Assembly: GCA_017686895.1 (NCBI GenBank)
Contig: GCA_017686895.1_4521.1
DNA from: a phage
Reading direction: 5' to 3' (one strand)
Length of the DNA stretch: 64,000 bases
The notes under the pieces are model-generated. The model did not search any database and was not told the origin of the DNA. It saw nothing but the letters and a program-made list of their open reading frames with translations. Made by a program: the position numbers and the translations under genes. Positions 56,095-64,000 of this stretch are shown piece by piece; the stretch's first letter is position 1; the number at the start of each line of letters is the position of its first letter.

Positions 56095-56469
56095 ATGAAT
56101 ATGTCTCAAGCAATTTTTACTGCAATCACCGAAAACACAACTGTTGAAGTAGTTTCTCCGCTGGCAACCTACGTTATTCTTGCTCCTAAAACTATTGTAT
56201 CTCGTATGGAAAACACAGGCAAACGTATCGTACAAATAGTTGGAGCTGGAAATCAAAAACTTGATTATCTACGAACCATCAAAGCTTACGAACATTTCCA
56301 ACTCGAAAAAGGTTCTCCTATCCAGGTAGAACTCGTAAATGGTGATATCGTTCGAGCAATGTTCCATCATTTCTATGCATTGAATGACCCATCTAAAGCG
56401 GTTCGTTTAATTGCATATGACGCAAACCAAAACGAAATCAACGCAGATATATCTAAATTACATTTTTAA
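56095..56469 (+). CDS. hypothetical protein
   Basis: 124-aa ORF after AGAGGAAAA RBS. Confidence 0.5.
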   Translation: MNMSQAIFTAITENTTVEVVSPLATYVILAPKTIVSRMENTGKRIVQIVGAGNQKLDYLRTIKAYEHFQLEKGSPIQVELVNGDIVRAMFHHFYALNDPSKAVRLIAYDANQNEINADISKLHF

Positions 56470-56498
56470 GTTTACTTCTCCAGTAGTTGTGTTATTAT
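56470..56498 (+). promoter_or_regulatory. early promoter inside a 12-bp perfect palindrome (approximate coordinates)
   Basis: GTTTAC, 17 bp, TGTTATTAT; CTCCAGTAGTTG ... CAACTACTGGAG inverted repeat with RBS in the right arm. Confidence 0.55.
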
Positions 56499-56524
56499 AG
56501 ACCTATCAACTACTGGAGAACAAA

Positions 56525-56842
56525 ATGAAAACCATCGATTGTAAAGCAGAATTTAAGATTTTTTATCACGGTTCAAGTAGTTCAGCTAACATCGAAAACA
56601 TGCTTTGTCCTCCTGAAGAAACAGGAGTTCTGTCTGAAACTGGACGTAAGAAAAACTTGGATCGTGTATTCTTTACTGAAGATATCGGTTTAGCAAAGAT
56701 TTATGCAGGACGAGCAGCACGCTCTTATGGAGGTGAACCACGTCTCTATCGAGTAATTTCTCCGGTAGATGTAGTTCAAATGAATGATACTAAAGGCGCT
56801 ACAGTTTATCACGCTGAATGGGCATTTTGCGAGGAAATATGA
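56525..56842 (+). CDS. hypothetical protein
   Basis: 105-aa ORF. Confidence 0.5.
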   Translation: MKTIDCKAEFKIFYHGSSSSANIENMLCPPEETGVLSETGRKKNLDRVFFTEDIGLAKIYAGRAARSYGGEPRLYRVISPVDVVQMNDTKGATVYHAEWAFCEEI

Positions 56843-57030
56843 GCAAATTAACTAAAGTTACTTTTATCGGTTGGTTTAAAAGCGGTGAGATGTTCACTAA
56901 AGATATCATGTTATCAGGTGATCGCGAAGAAATCGAGTGGGTTACGGTACAACTTGCTGAAGTGAACAATGCATTAGTTAAAGCATTTATTAATGACGAG
57001 AAAGTTTTTGAAGCTGATTTCAGAGGATAA
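56839..57030 (+). CDS. hypothetical protein
   Basis: ATGA overlap start within track ORF 56818..57030. Confidence 0.45.
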   Translation: MSKLTKVTFIGWFKSGEMFTKDIMLSGDREEIEWVTVQLAEVNNALVKAFINDEKVFEADFRG

Positions 57031-57031
57031 T

Positions 57032-57244
57032 ATGTATTCAACTGTGTTTAAACCATCAACATACGAATTTGCATCAACTACACAATGGAAAGCTCTTATT
57101 CTGGAAGGATGGGAACTAATGATGGACTGCGAAGCATCTGAAAAGTTTCCACACGGCAAAGTGGACTTCGTTAAATTTGCTGTACGTCCGACTAAACGAC
57201 AGATTCGTCAAGAAAAACGCAAATTTCGAAAAAGTTTAAAATAG
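57032..57244 (+). CDS. small basic protein with VRPTKRQIR tail
   Basis: ATG 57032 within track ORF 56993..57244; tail resembles the ORF at 27988. Confidence 0.45.
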   Translation: MYSTVFKPSTYEFASTTQWKALILEGWELMMDCEASEKFPHGKVDFVKFAVRPTKRQIRQEKRKFRKSLK

Positions 57245-57246
57245 CT

Positions 57247-57276
57247 GTTTACAAGCACCACATACTGTGTTACTAT
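57247..57276 (+). promoter_or_regulatory. early promoter (approximate coordinates)
   Basis: GTTTAC, 18 bp, TGTTACTAT. Confidence 0.5.
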
Positions 57277-57304
57277 CTTTCTATCAACTACAGAGGAAAT
57301 TGAA

Positions 57305-57673
57305 ATGAAAAAATTAATCGCTTTAGCAATGGTATTTGGATTAACCGGATGTGGTGCCCATGGCTTTATCCCTAATAACGTCGGCCAATTGATTTACAAT
57401 CCGAATGTTAAACAGTACGACCAACCTAAAGTTGAAGTGGAAGACCCGGTTACTGTAGGTAATCGAATGATTCAAGCTGATGCCCATGCTCAACGTTATC
57501 GTGACTCTGATACCGTAGCATTGTCAAAAGAACAACGCGTTAAAGAACATTGTCTACAGGCTACTGAAATCGCATTCATTCGCTATGTTGAAACAACTGG
57601 TAAAGAGCCTACCCAGAAACAAATCGCGAATAACTACGTCCAGTGTATTGAACGTTTAAACAAATTTAATTAA
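57305..57673 (+). CDS. lipoprotein
   Basis: Signal peptide with lipobox LTGC (MKKLIALAMVFGLTGCGA). Confidence 0.55.
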   Translation: MKKLIALAMVFGLTGCGAHGFIPNNVGQLIYNPNVKQYDQPKVEVEDPVTVGNRMIQADAHAQRYRDSDTVALSKEQRVKEHCLQATEIAFIRYVETTGKEPTQKQIANNYVQCIERLNKFN

Positions 57674-57676
57674 TTG

Positions 57677-57706
57677 GTTTACACCAAAGTTAAAATAAGA
57701 TACTAT
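57677..57706 (+). promoter_or_regulatory. early promoter (approximate coordinates)
   Basis: GTTTAC, 18 bp, TACTAT. Confidence 0.5.
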
Positions 57707-57734
57707 AAACATAACAAATCAAGAGGAAATTAAC

Positions 57735-57983
57735 ATGGAATTATTCGTAGCTAGTTCAGTAGCAGTTTTAATCGCAGGTATTGGTTCAATCATCATTTAC
57801 ATGTTGCCTTGGGTAATCGCACTTATTCGTGGCACAAAAAGCACAACAGCAATCTTCTTTGTATCTTTACTCTTTAACTGGACGATGGTTGGTTGGATTG
57901 GAACTTTAATTTGGTCTATCGTTGCCGAAAAGAAATCTGCTCAGCAGCCTCAACAAGTAATTATTATTCGCGAAAAAGAATAA
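57735..57983 (+). CDS. superinfection immunity (Imm)-family membrane protein
   Basis: YMLPWVIALIRG ... FNWTMVGWIGTLIWSIV resembles the Imm family pattern as I recall it; two TM helices. Confidence 0.5.
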   Translation: MELFVASSVAVLIAGIGSIIIYMLPWVIALIRGTKSTTAIFFVSLLFNWTMVGWIGTLIWSIVAEKKSAQQPQQVIIIREKE

Positions 57984-58046
57984 ACTTGTTTACATTATAG
58001 ATGGACTATAGTATAGTAGTCCTATCAAATTAACTAAGGAGTTAAA

Positions 58047-58340
58047 ATGAAAAAGTTATCATTGGCAGCAATCTTACTTGCAGTATCATGTGCACCGGCT
58101 CCAGTTACGGCAGGTTATGATAAAGACCTCTGTGAGTGGTCAATGACTGCAAATCAAGAAGATGTTGAACAACAAATCTTCTCTGATATCATGAACATCA
58201 CTAAACGAGACCGTCCTAATATGGTTAATAAAGTTGTTGAACAACTTAAGTCTGGCGGTATCATGCAGTACAATTATGTTTTGTATTGTGACCCTAATTT
58301 CGATAACAAAGATATCGTAACCGAAATCACAGGTGAATAA
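58047..58340 (+). CDS. sp: spackle periplasmic protein
   Basis: Signal peptide then AGYDKDLCEWSMTANQEDVEQQI ... SGGIMQYNYVLYCD, matching T4 Sp as I recall it. Confidence 0.85.
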   Translation: MKKLSLAAILLAVSCAPAPVTAGYDKDLCEWSMTANQEDVEQQIFSDIMNITKRDRPNMVNKVVEQLKSGGIMQYNYVLYCDPNFDNKDIVTEITGE

Positions 58341-58341
58341 T

Positions 58342-58992
58342 ATGATTTATTACATGCACAAAAACGCACCATTTAAATATGGTAAATTTCCTAATGCACA
58401 ATGTTATAATATAACGCCGAACGAAAATAATAACGGATATCATATTGGTGTAATTTTTGTAATTGTTAAAGATAACGAAATCGTTGCCTGGGCCGATTTT
58501 AAAGGTACAACATATGATGTTAATCCTGTGCCTTTCACATATTACAATATAATGGATTTGGCATATGATTATAATTGGTTTAATCATGACGCGTTGGCTC
58601 ATATTGAAGGTGTAGGATTTGACATCTCTTATTCTAGCTATTCATTATGTCCTATGAGCAGGGCTCATGGTAAAGATGCATCATATCTTTCATTTCGGAA
58701 ACGTGTAAACTTCAAACGTAGTACAGAGTATGTTGGCGGACTCTTTGTTAAAGATAATAAAATAACCCGTATTAGTTATCCTTTAAGTGTAGGTCAAAAA
58801 GATGTTGATGTTGATTTAGACTTAACTGAAAATAACATTAATCGTATTGCTTCTGTATATTTTGATATCGATGAAAAAATTGTAGTGTGTGGATACGAAT
58901 TACCACCTGAAGAAAAGGCTGAAGCAGTTGAAGTCGAATTAGAAATTTCTGTTGATGACCAAATATTTAATGCATTTATGAATCGAGGTTAA
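58342..58992 (+). CDS. hypothetical protein
   Basis: ATG 58342 two nt after sp stop. Confidence 0.5.
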   Translation: MIYYMHKNAPFKYGKFPNAQCYNITPNENNNGYHIGVIFVIVKDNEIVAWADFKGTTYDVNPVPFTYYNIMDLAYDYNWFNHDALAHIEGVGFDISYSSYSLCPMSRAHGKDASYLSFRKRVNFKRSTEYVGGLFVKDNKITRISYPLSVGQKDVDVDLDLTENNINRIASVYFDIDEKIVVCGYELPPEEKAEAVEVELEISVDDQIFNAFMNRG

Positions 58993-58993
58993 A

Positions 58994-59191
58994 ATGACTA
59001 CTGCAATTTGCACTGGTTCTAAAATTAGTGTTTTTACAAGTTTTGAAGATTATGAAGTTGTTTCAAAACACCAACGCCATATTAGCGTAAAAGCTAATGA
59101 CGGTGTAATTTGGAATATTCCACAGTATGAAGGCACTACATATGAAGTCACAGATATAAATGGTGACAAAGCAATCTTTGTAATTGATTAA
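58994..59191 (+). CDS. hypothetical protein
   Basis: 65-aa ORF. Confidence 0.45.
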   Translation: MTTAICTGSKISVFTSFEDYEVVSKHQRHISVKANDGVIWNIPQYEGTTYEVTDINGDKAIFVID

Positions 59192-59210
59192 ATATACTCA
59201 GGAGGTACCT

Positions 59211-59678
59211 ATGGGTATTATTAACACTGCAATAGATTCTGTTTACGCATATAAGTTTATTCGACTAATGCAAAAACCTTTTACTGAATGGAAAGCGTAT
59301 GAAGCCAAAATCATCGATGAACGTGGGAGTGTTCTTAAACGCCCTTCCACTCCTGAAGAGAAAGCGGCTTATACACCTTTTCATGCTTCAGTTCGTTCAA
59401 TGAAGCGAATGATGAGCACTGTTCCAGGTCTTAATGGAATGGCCTCAATGATGTCTGCCTGGAGTGCTGTAGCTTCACGCTATAACATTACGGAAGAACA
59501 ACAGAAAGAAATATTTAAAGAACTCCCTTTATTTGAGGATATGGTTGCTGGTGATTCAGGTGGCAGCCCTCAAGCTATTGCATCAGGAACAACTACAGGT
59601 GCAGTAGTAAATAAAGGTCCAGAACAAATTCCTTCCAAGAAAAGAAAGCGAATTAAAGTAAATATTAATAAGTTGTGA
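59211..59678 (+). CDS. hypothetical protein
   Basis: ATG 59211 after CAGGAGG RBS. Confidence 0.45.
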   Translation: MGIINTAIDSVYAYKFIRLMQKPFTEWKAYEAKIIDERGSVLKRPSTPEEKAAYTPFHASVRSMKRMMSTVPGLNGMASMMSAWSAVASRYNITEEQQKEIFKELPLFEDMVAGDSGGSPQAIASGTTTGAVVNKGPEQIPSKKRKRIKVNINKL

Positions 59679-59717
59679 TATGATGGCCTTATTAATTTAA
59701 GGCCTCTGGAGAATACT

Positions 59718-60740
59718 ATGGCTGAATGGATAGATAATGAATTTGCTTATCGTGCGTTTTCTCACCTACCTCGTTTTAGACAAATCAATAATTCAAGCAC
59801 ATTTAAATTAACATTTCGATGTCCAGTTTGTGGCGACTCCCAGACAGATGCAATGAAAGCTCGCGGATGGTATTATGGTGGAACTCCAGGTAATGTGCAT
59901 TGCTATAACTGTCAATATCATAATACAATTTCCGGATACTTAAAAGAGTATGATGAAGAGCTTTATCGCGAATATCTAATGGAAGTTCGTAAAGAAAAAG
60001 CTAGAATGGAACCAAAGATTGAAAAGGTTCCTGAAGCTAAGCCGGAACCAGAGAAAAAGACTATAAATTCTTTGCCGTCTTGTTCTCGTCTGGACAAGCT
60101 GCCCGAAGAGCATCCTATTGTGAAATATGTTAAGTCTCGGTGTATTCCTAAAGAATCATGGAACAGATTATGGTTCACATTAGAATGGCCTAAATTGGTC
60201 AACAAGATTCAACCTGGTACGTATAAGAAAGAGATTCCCGAACCACGTTTAGTGATTCCTATTTTTAATAAAGATGGGAAGGCCGAGTCATTCCAAGGAC
60301 GTGCACTTCGTAAAGATGCTCCTCAGAAATATATCACTATTAAAGCGTTTGAGTCTGCAACAAAAATTTATGGTGTTGAACGTGTTAAGGAAGGGGACGT
60401 CTGGGTAATGGAAGGCCCTATTGATAGTTTATTCATACCCAATGCAATCGCTATTACAGGCGGCTCGATAGATTTAGATGTGGTACCATTTAAAGAACGT
60501 CGGGTATGGGTAATGGATAATGAACCTAGGCATCCGGATACTATAGCTCGTATGAAGCGATTAGTTGATGCAGGCGAACGTGTCATGTTCTGGGACCGAG
60601 CTCCATGGAGATCAAAGGATGTGAATGATATGGTAATGAAAGAAAATGCAACACCACAAGAAATTTTAGAATATATGAAACAGAATATTTCAAGTGGGTT
60701 GCATGCTAAAATGAGATTATCTCGTTATTCGAAGATTTAA
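59718..60740 (+). CDS. 61: DNA primase gp61
   Basis: Zinc ribbon CPVCGDS..CYNC, TOPRIM-like VMEGPIDSLF; 340 aa. Confidence 0.93.
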   Translation: MAEWIDNEFAYRAFSHLPRFRQINNSSTFKLTFRCPVCGDSQTDAMKARGWYYGGTPGNVHCYNCQYHNTISGYLKEYDEELYREYLMEVRKEKARMEPKIEKVPEAKPEPEKKTINSLPSCSRLDKLPEEHPIVKYVKSRCIPKESWNRLWFTLEWPKLVNKIQPGTYKKEIPEPRLVIPIFNKDGKAESFQGRALRKDAPQKYITIKAFESATKIYGVERVKEGDVWVMEGPIDSLFIPNAIAITGGSIDLDVVPFKERRVWVMDNEPRHPDTIARMKRLVDAGERVMFWDRAPWRSKDVNDMVMKENATPQEILEYMKQNISSGLHAKMRLSRYSKI

Positions 60741-60934
60741 ACAAGCCCTATAATAGCAAAGGCCAAATCAACTACAGTATCCAATGGAACAGAAGGAACT
60801 ATAATACCATGGGCAACTAACAATGGTGCAATCCCGAAGTTCCATGAAATAATGCCACCTACAACTATTGCAGCGATGGCAGTTTTCTTTTTATTGCCTT
60901 TAATAGCGTTGATTAACGACGGAAGTTTAAACAT
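60737..60934 (-). CDS. small membrane protein encoded on the minus strand
   Basis: Minus-strand ORF with strong RBS (AAGGAG 6 nt before ATG on the reverse complement); two hydrophobic segments; convergent with gene 61. Confidence 0.45.
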   Translation of the reverse strand: MFKLPSLINAIKGNKKKTAIAAIVVGGIISWNFGIAPLLVAHGIIVPSVPLDTVVDLAFAIIGLV

Positions 60935-61022
60935 AATATCTCCTTAGTTACCTATTATTTATTACGCTTTATAAAATTAATGTTAGAATTAACTCTCTTA
61001 TACTGAATTGAAAGGAAAAATA

Positions 61023-61544
61023 ATGGCGCACTTTAATGAATGTTCACAACTTATTTCTGGTGTTGATAAAGCAGAAGAAGTTTATTTTAATGCTCTGATT
61101 CACGAAGATAAAGACCCACTTCAGGTAATGCTTGATATGCAGAAATCTTTACAGGTTCGTCTGGCAAATGACAAGCCTGAACATAACAAACATCCTGATG
61201 AATTGGCTACTGCTGGTGATGTTGTTGATTGGCTGCGTAATCAGAAAGATTATATTGATGATGAATTCCGTGAACTGTTGACTTCACTTGGTGGTATGAG
61301 CAATGGTGAAAAAGCCGCCAGCAGTGTATGGAAGCCTTGGAAAGCACAACATGCTGAATATCGAAATCGTCGTATCGATGAACTGTCTCCTGAAGACCAG
61401 CTTGAAATTAAATTTGAGATGATTGATATTCTTCATTTCGTTCTGAATATGTTCCAAGGTCTGGGTCTTTCTGCTGAAGAAATCTTTAAACTTTACTACT
61501 TGAAAAACCAACACAACTTTGAACGTCAGGATAATGGTTACTAA
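61023..61544 (+). CDS. 56: dCTP pyrophosphatase gp56 (MazG-like)
   Basis: MAHFNECSQLISGVDKAEE ... ETAGDVVDWLRNQKDYIDDEFRELLTSLG resembles T4 gp56 throughout. Confidence 0.9.
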   Translation: MAHFNECSQLISGVDKAEEVYFNALIHEDKDPLQVMLDMQKSLQVRLANDKPEHNKHPDELATAGDVVDWLRNQKDYIDDEFRELLTSLGGMSNGEKAASSVWKPWKAQHAEYRNRRIDELSPEDQLEIKFEMIDILHFVLNMFQGLGLSAEEIFKLYYLKNQHNFERQDNGY

Positions 61545-61550
61545 TTAAGT

Positions 61551-61558
61551 TATAAATA
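61551..61558 (+). promoter_or_regulatory. late promoter core TATAAATA upstream of soc
   Basis: Exact octamer about 32 bp before the soc ATG; soc is a late gene in T4. Confidence 0.55.
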
Positions 61559-61589
61559 CACCTGTAATTAAACAACAAAGGAGTTAATT

Positions 61590-61826
61590 ATGGGTGGTTA
61601 TGTAAACATCAAAACCTTTACGCATCCTGCTGGTGAAGGCAAAGAAGTTAAAGGTATGGAAGTTTCTGTTCCGTTTGAGATTTATTCAAACGAACATCGG
61701 ATTGCAGATTCTCATTACCAAATCTTTCCATCAGAAAAGGCAGCTTATTCTACTGTAGTTTCTAATGCAGCTGACTGGAAAACTAAGAACGCTGAAATGT
61801 TTACCCCTACACCAGTAAGTGGTTAA
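61590..61826 (+). CDS. soc: small outer capsid protein Soc
   Basis: GYVNIKTF ... HYQIFPSEKAAYSTV resembles T4 Soc; 78 aa. Confidence 0.85.
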   Translation: MGGYVNIKTFTHPAGEGKEVKGMEVSVPFEIYSNEHRIADSHYQIFPSEKAAYSTVVSNAADWKTKNAEMFTPTPVSG

Positions 61827-61835
61827 ATAATTTAA

Positions 61836-61859
61836 GGAATCCTTCGGGATTCCTTTTTT
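61836..61859 (+). terminator. intrinsic terminator
   Basis: GGAATCC-TTCG-GGATTCC then TTTTTT. Confidence 0.65.
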
Positions 61860-61869
61860 CGTTTCTAGA

Positions 61870-61899
61870 GTTTACATCCACTAAAAACTATGTTAAGAT
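61870..61899 (+). promoter_or_regulatory. early promoter (approximate coordinates)
   Basis: GTTTAC, 18 bp, TGTTAAGAT. Confidence 0.5.
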
Positions 61900-61927
61900 A
61901 TTCTTACTTACTCAAGAGGAGAACATT

Positions 61928-62155
61928 ATGTTAAATCGTTGGATTAAACCTAATAACACATTAGGTGCTTTGATTGCTCAAGAAGTTTCGTTGAAATACG
62001 GCCTTGGATATTATGATGACGTAGTCGTACACTCATTCATGATGGATGGTGAAGACGTCAAATTTAATGCCGAAATCCGTTGGGATGATGGTGGTGTTCG
62101 TTTTGTTCGAGGAACAATTAATGCTTACGATGCTGAAGAAGTTATTTGTTGTTAA
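61928..62155 (+). CDS. hypothetical protein
   Basis: 75-aa ORF after CAAGAGGAGAA RBS. Confidence 0.45.
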   Translation: MLNRWIKPNNTLGALIAQEVSLKYGLGYYDDVVVHSFMMDGEDVKFNAEIRWDDGGVRFVRGTINAYDAEEVICC

Positions 62156-62168
62156 ACCAGGCGAAGGT

Positions 62169-62357
62169 ATGATGCCTATTCCTGATACACATGAAAAAAG
62201 TTGGGAATATATTGGTGACGGCATGATGGAAGAAGTTATTCGTCCTAAGTCTGCTTCAAGCTCTTCAAGTTATAATCATTCTTACGTATCATCCTGGTCT
62301 GGAGATTCTGGTTCAAGTTATTCTGATTGTAGTTCGGACTCAGGGAGCTGCGAATGA
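62169..62357 (+). CDS. small protein with Ser/Cys-rich low-complexity tail
   Basis: ATG-ATG start; tail SASSSSSYNHSYVSSWSGDSGSSYSDCSSDSGSCE. Confidence 0.4.
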   Translation: MMPIPDTHEKSWEYIGDGMMEEVIRPKSASSSSSYNHSYVSSWSGDSGSSYSDCSSDSGSCE

Positions 62358-62533
62358 ACAGAATAGTAAAATGGTTTAAAAGCTGGAATGATGGAGTCGG
62401 ACCAGAAGATTGGTTAGATGCTCTTGAAGAGAATATGGCTAAAGAATTCCAGAAACATGAAGAAAAACTCGTCGAAGATGAAGGCGAACGTATTGTAAAA
62501 CTTTATATGGGTGAACCATCGAGGAAATTATAA
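62354..62533 (+). CDS. small acidic ORF (59 aa)
   Basis: ATGA overlap upstream and TAATG overlap downstream; hand-identified below track cut-off. Confidence 0.3.
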   Translation: MNRIVKWFKSWNDGVGPEDWLDALEENMAKEFQKHEEKLVEDEGERIVKLYMGEPSRKL

Positions 62534-62997
62534 TGGATGCTATGTTATTTAAAATGTATTTGCTTGAAGCCAAGTCATTTAAACATATACCAGTAGAAGA
62601 TAAGACTCCACTAGAAATAGCTATTCTCATTAACAAAAGTCTAAATAATCCGCAATATATCGTAGAAGAATTCTGCAAATTGCAGATTCCTAAAGGTTAC
62701 AAAATTCGTGTAGAGCGAGTTGGAGCTATTACTCATTCTAAAAATTCTCCGTTTAGTCTTGAAGAAGGCATAAAGGACTTAGGGTATGAATCTACAGAAA
62801 ATGCTGTTTATGTGAATCCTGAAAAGCGTTTAGACCTGTTTGAAAAGCGAGACCATACGTATTTTGCCAAAAAATACTTTATTACATCATTAGCAGATTT
62901 AATCCATTTGCAACGAGCTATTTGGAAATTTTTTAAGACAAAAGGTGTAGCACTAGAAACATTCTCTGAACCTGCTAGTTTTTATTTAGGTGAATAA
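62533..62997 (+). CDS. hypothetical protein
   Basis: 154-aa ORF. Confidence 0.5.
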   Translation: MDAMLFKMYLLEAKSFKHIPVEDKTPLEIAILINKSLNNPQYIVEEFCKLQIPKGYKIRVERVGAITHSKNSPFSLEEGIKDLGYESTENAVYVNPEKRLDLFEKRDHTYFAKKYFITSLADLIHLQRAIWKFFKTKGVALETFSEPASFYLGE

Positions 62998-62998
62998 T

Positions 62999-63178
62999 AT
63001 GGACCTTATGAGTATGTTTGACGAGCCTGAAGTTGAGGCTCCTAAAGTGCATCGTAGTGAACTTGTTGATGAACTAGATAGTATTATACAACGACACGGC
63101 TTTAGTTTACCATTAGATGTCCTGAAAGACCTCGCCTCTTATTATGATGACCCTCCACCATGGAGTCCTTGGAAATGA
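62999..63178 (+). CDS. hypothetical acidic protein
   Basis: ATG 62999 within track ORF 62990..63178. Confidence 0.45.
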   Translation: MDLMSMFDEPEVEAPKVHRSELVDELDSIIQRHGFSLPLDVLKDLASYYDDPPPWSPWK

Positions 63179-63339
63179 AAGAGAAATTGAAAGAGAAATT
63201 CTTACTAGAAATCAAGGAAAAAGACTTTGAGACATGGTATCGAATGGTGAAAGGGTTGACATTGCTTTTTAAAGCATCGTTATTCGTGTTAGAACAACCT
63301 GGCCCTGATGGACCTTTAGTAGGAAAGCTTAAAAAGTAG
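63175..63339 (+). CDS. small ORF (54 aa)
   Basis: ATGA overlap; hand-identified below track cut-off. Confidence 0.3.
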   Translation: MKEKLKEKFLLEIKEKDFETWYRMVKGLTLLFKASLFVLEQPGPDGPLVGKLKK

Positions 63340-63367
63340 TTTACATTCCCTCCTCTCGTGTTATGAT
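63339..63367 (+). promoter_or_regulatory. early promoter (approximate coordinates)
   Basis: GTTTAC, 17 bp, TGTTATGAT. Confidence 0.5.
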
Positions 63368-63394
63368 AGGCTTATCTTTAAATGGAGGTCTATC

Positions 63395-63976
63395 ATGACA
63401 TGTCAATCTGAACTTCAAGAACGCGAATATCTCGCAGCACTAATTGATGATAAATTCACTAAACAAGAACAAAACATTCTCTGGGCTTGCACTGATTATA
63501 AGGAAGACCCGGATTTCCACTATGAATTAGACCATCTTGTTCGTAAGCATATGACTTCTACAGTACCAGTAGAACTCTACCGTGGTGTAACTCCAGAAGA
63601 AGTAGAACGTCTTTCCCTTCTTTCTGTTGGATGTCATTGGTCTCCCGGACGAGTAACATCGTTTACAACAGACTTTGGTACGGCCAGACAGTTCTCTGGG
63701 AGTTGGGAATATCAAACGTACACTATTCTTAGTCTCAGGAATGCTCCGTTCATTTTCGATTACTACCAAAACATGGTTAACATTGTACTCGCCGGAAAGA
63801 ACCCTAAGCATGTTATGGAAGAAAAACGTGTTGACGTCCTAGATATGATTGAATCTGAACAAGAATACATGGTCTCAGGTATCTCTAGATTTGAGATTGT
63901 AGAAATTGAAGACTTAGAATATGACCCTTTATCTCGGTTATACAAAATCATTCATTTGAAAATGTTGAATTTTTAG
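63395..63976 (+). CDS. ADP-ribosyltransferase (ModA/ModB-like)
   Basis: Candidate R-S-E triad: LYRG, SFTTD, EQEYMVSG; 193 aa; sits where T4 has modA/modB relative to soc and 56. Confidence 0.55.
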   Translation: MTCQSELQEREYLAALIDDKFTKQEQNILWACTDYKEDPDFHYELDHLVRKHMTSTVPVELYRGVTPEEVERLSLLSVGCHWSPGRVTSFTTDFGTARQFSGSWEYQTYTILSLRNAPFIFDYYQNMVNIVLAGKNPKHVMEEKRVDVLDMIESEQEYMVSGISRFEIVEIEDLEYDPLSRLYKIIHLKMLNF

Positions 63977-64000
63977 TGTACAAACTCTTCCGATGATGAT

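Noticed and set aside
7234-58020. CRISPR array or dispersed transposon terminal repeats
   Set aside because: The recurring palindromes are irregularly spaced, each sits immediately before a gene, and they overlap -35/-10 promoter elements; no direct repeats with unique spacers were seen

Overview
This 64 kb window reads as a contiguous segment of a T4-type (Tevenvirinae-like) myovirus genome, in the reverse of the conventional T4 map orientation. Almost every gene is on the + strand, tightly packed, often with ATGA or TAATG start/stop overlaps. Assignments rest on my recollection of T4 protein sequences and on motifs read directly from the ORF translations; no database search was run. Recognisable genes, in order: two tRNAs (CAU and Arg-UCU), four internal head proteins with the MKTY-EFLTE capsid-targeting leader, nudE, lysozyme e, denV, a GrcA/YfiD-like glycyl-radical cofactor, regB, tk, rI, nrdC, gene 49, nrdD, nrdG, an nrdH-like redoxin, gene 55, 47, 46, rpbA (by position), a GIY-YIG homing endonuclease, 45, 44, 62, regA, 43, uvsX, 40, 41, an Imm-family protein, spackle, 61, dCTPase 56, soc and a Mod-like ADP-ribosyltransferase. 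The most interesting region is 46.4-52.9 kb between gene 43 and uvsX: where T4 carries imm, 42 and beta-gt, this phage has a KdsD-like SIS isomerase, a nucleotidyltransferase-kinase fusion, a HAD phosphatase, a Cys-rich protein, a divergent ThyA-fold hydroxymethylase, an unknown 299-aa protein at the beta-gt position and a Tmk-like kinase; alpha-gt is also absent between 55 and 47. I read this as a self-contained pathway for a pentosyl (probably arabinosyl) hydroxymethyl-cytosine DNA hypermodification. Other notable signals: early promoters embedded in short palindromes that recur as cassettes, two families of small proteins sharing conserved C-terminal tails, a homopolymer frameshift, and a single convergent minus-strand membrane-protein gene. 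CDS coordinates follow the supplied ORF track (starts re-chosen where a downstream ATG with an RBS fits better); promoter, terminator and sub-60-aa ORF coordinates were hand-counted and may be off by 1-2 bp.
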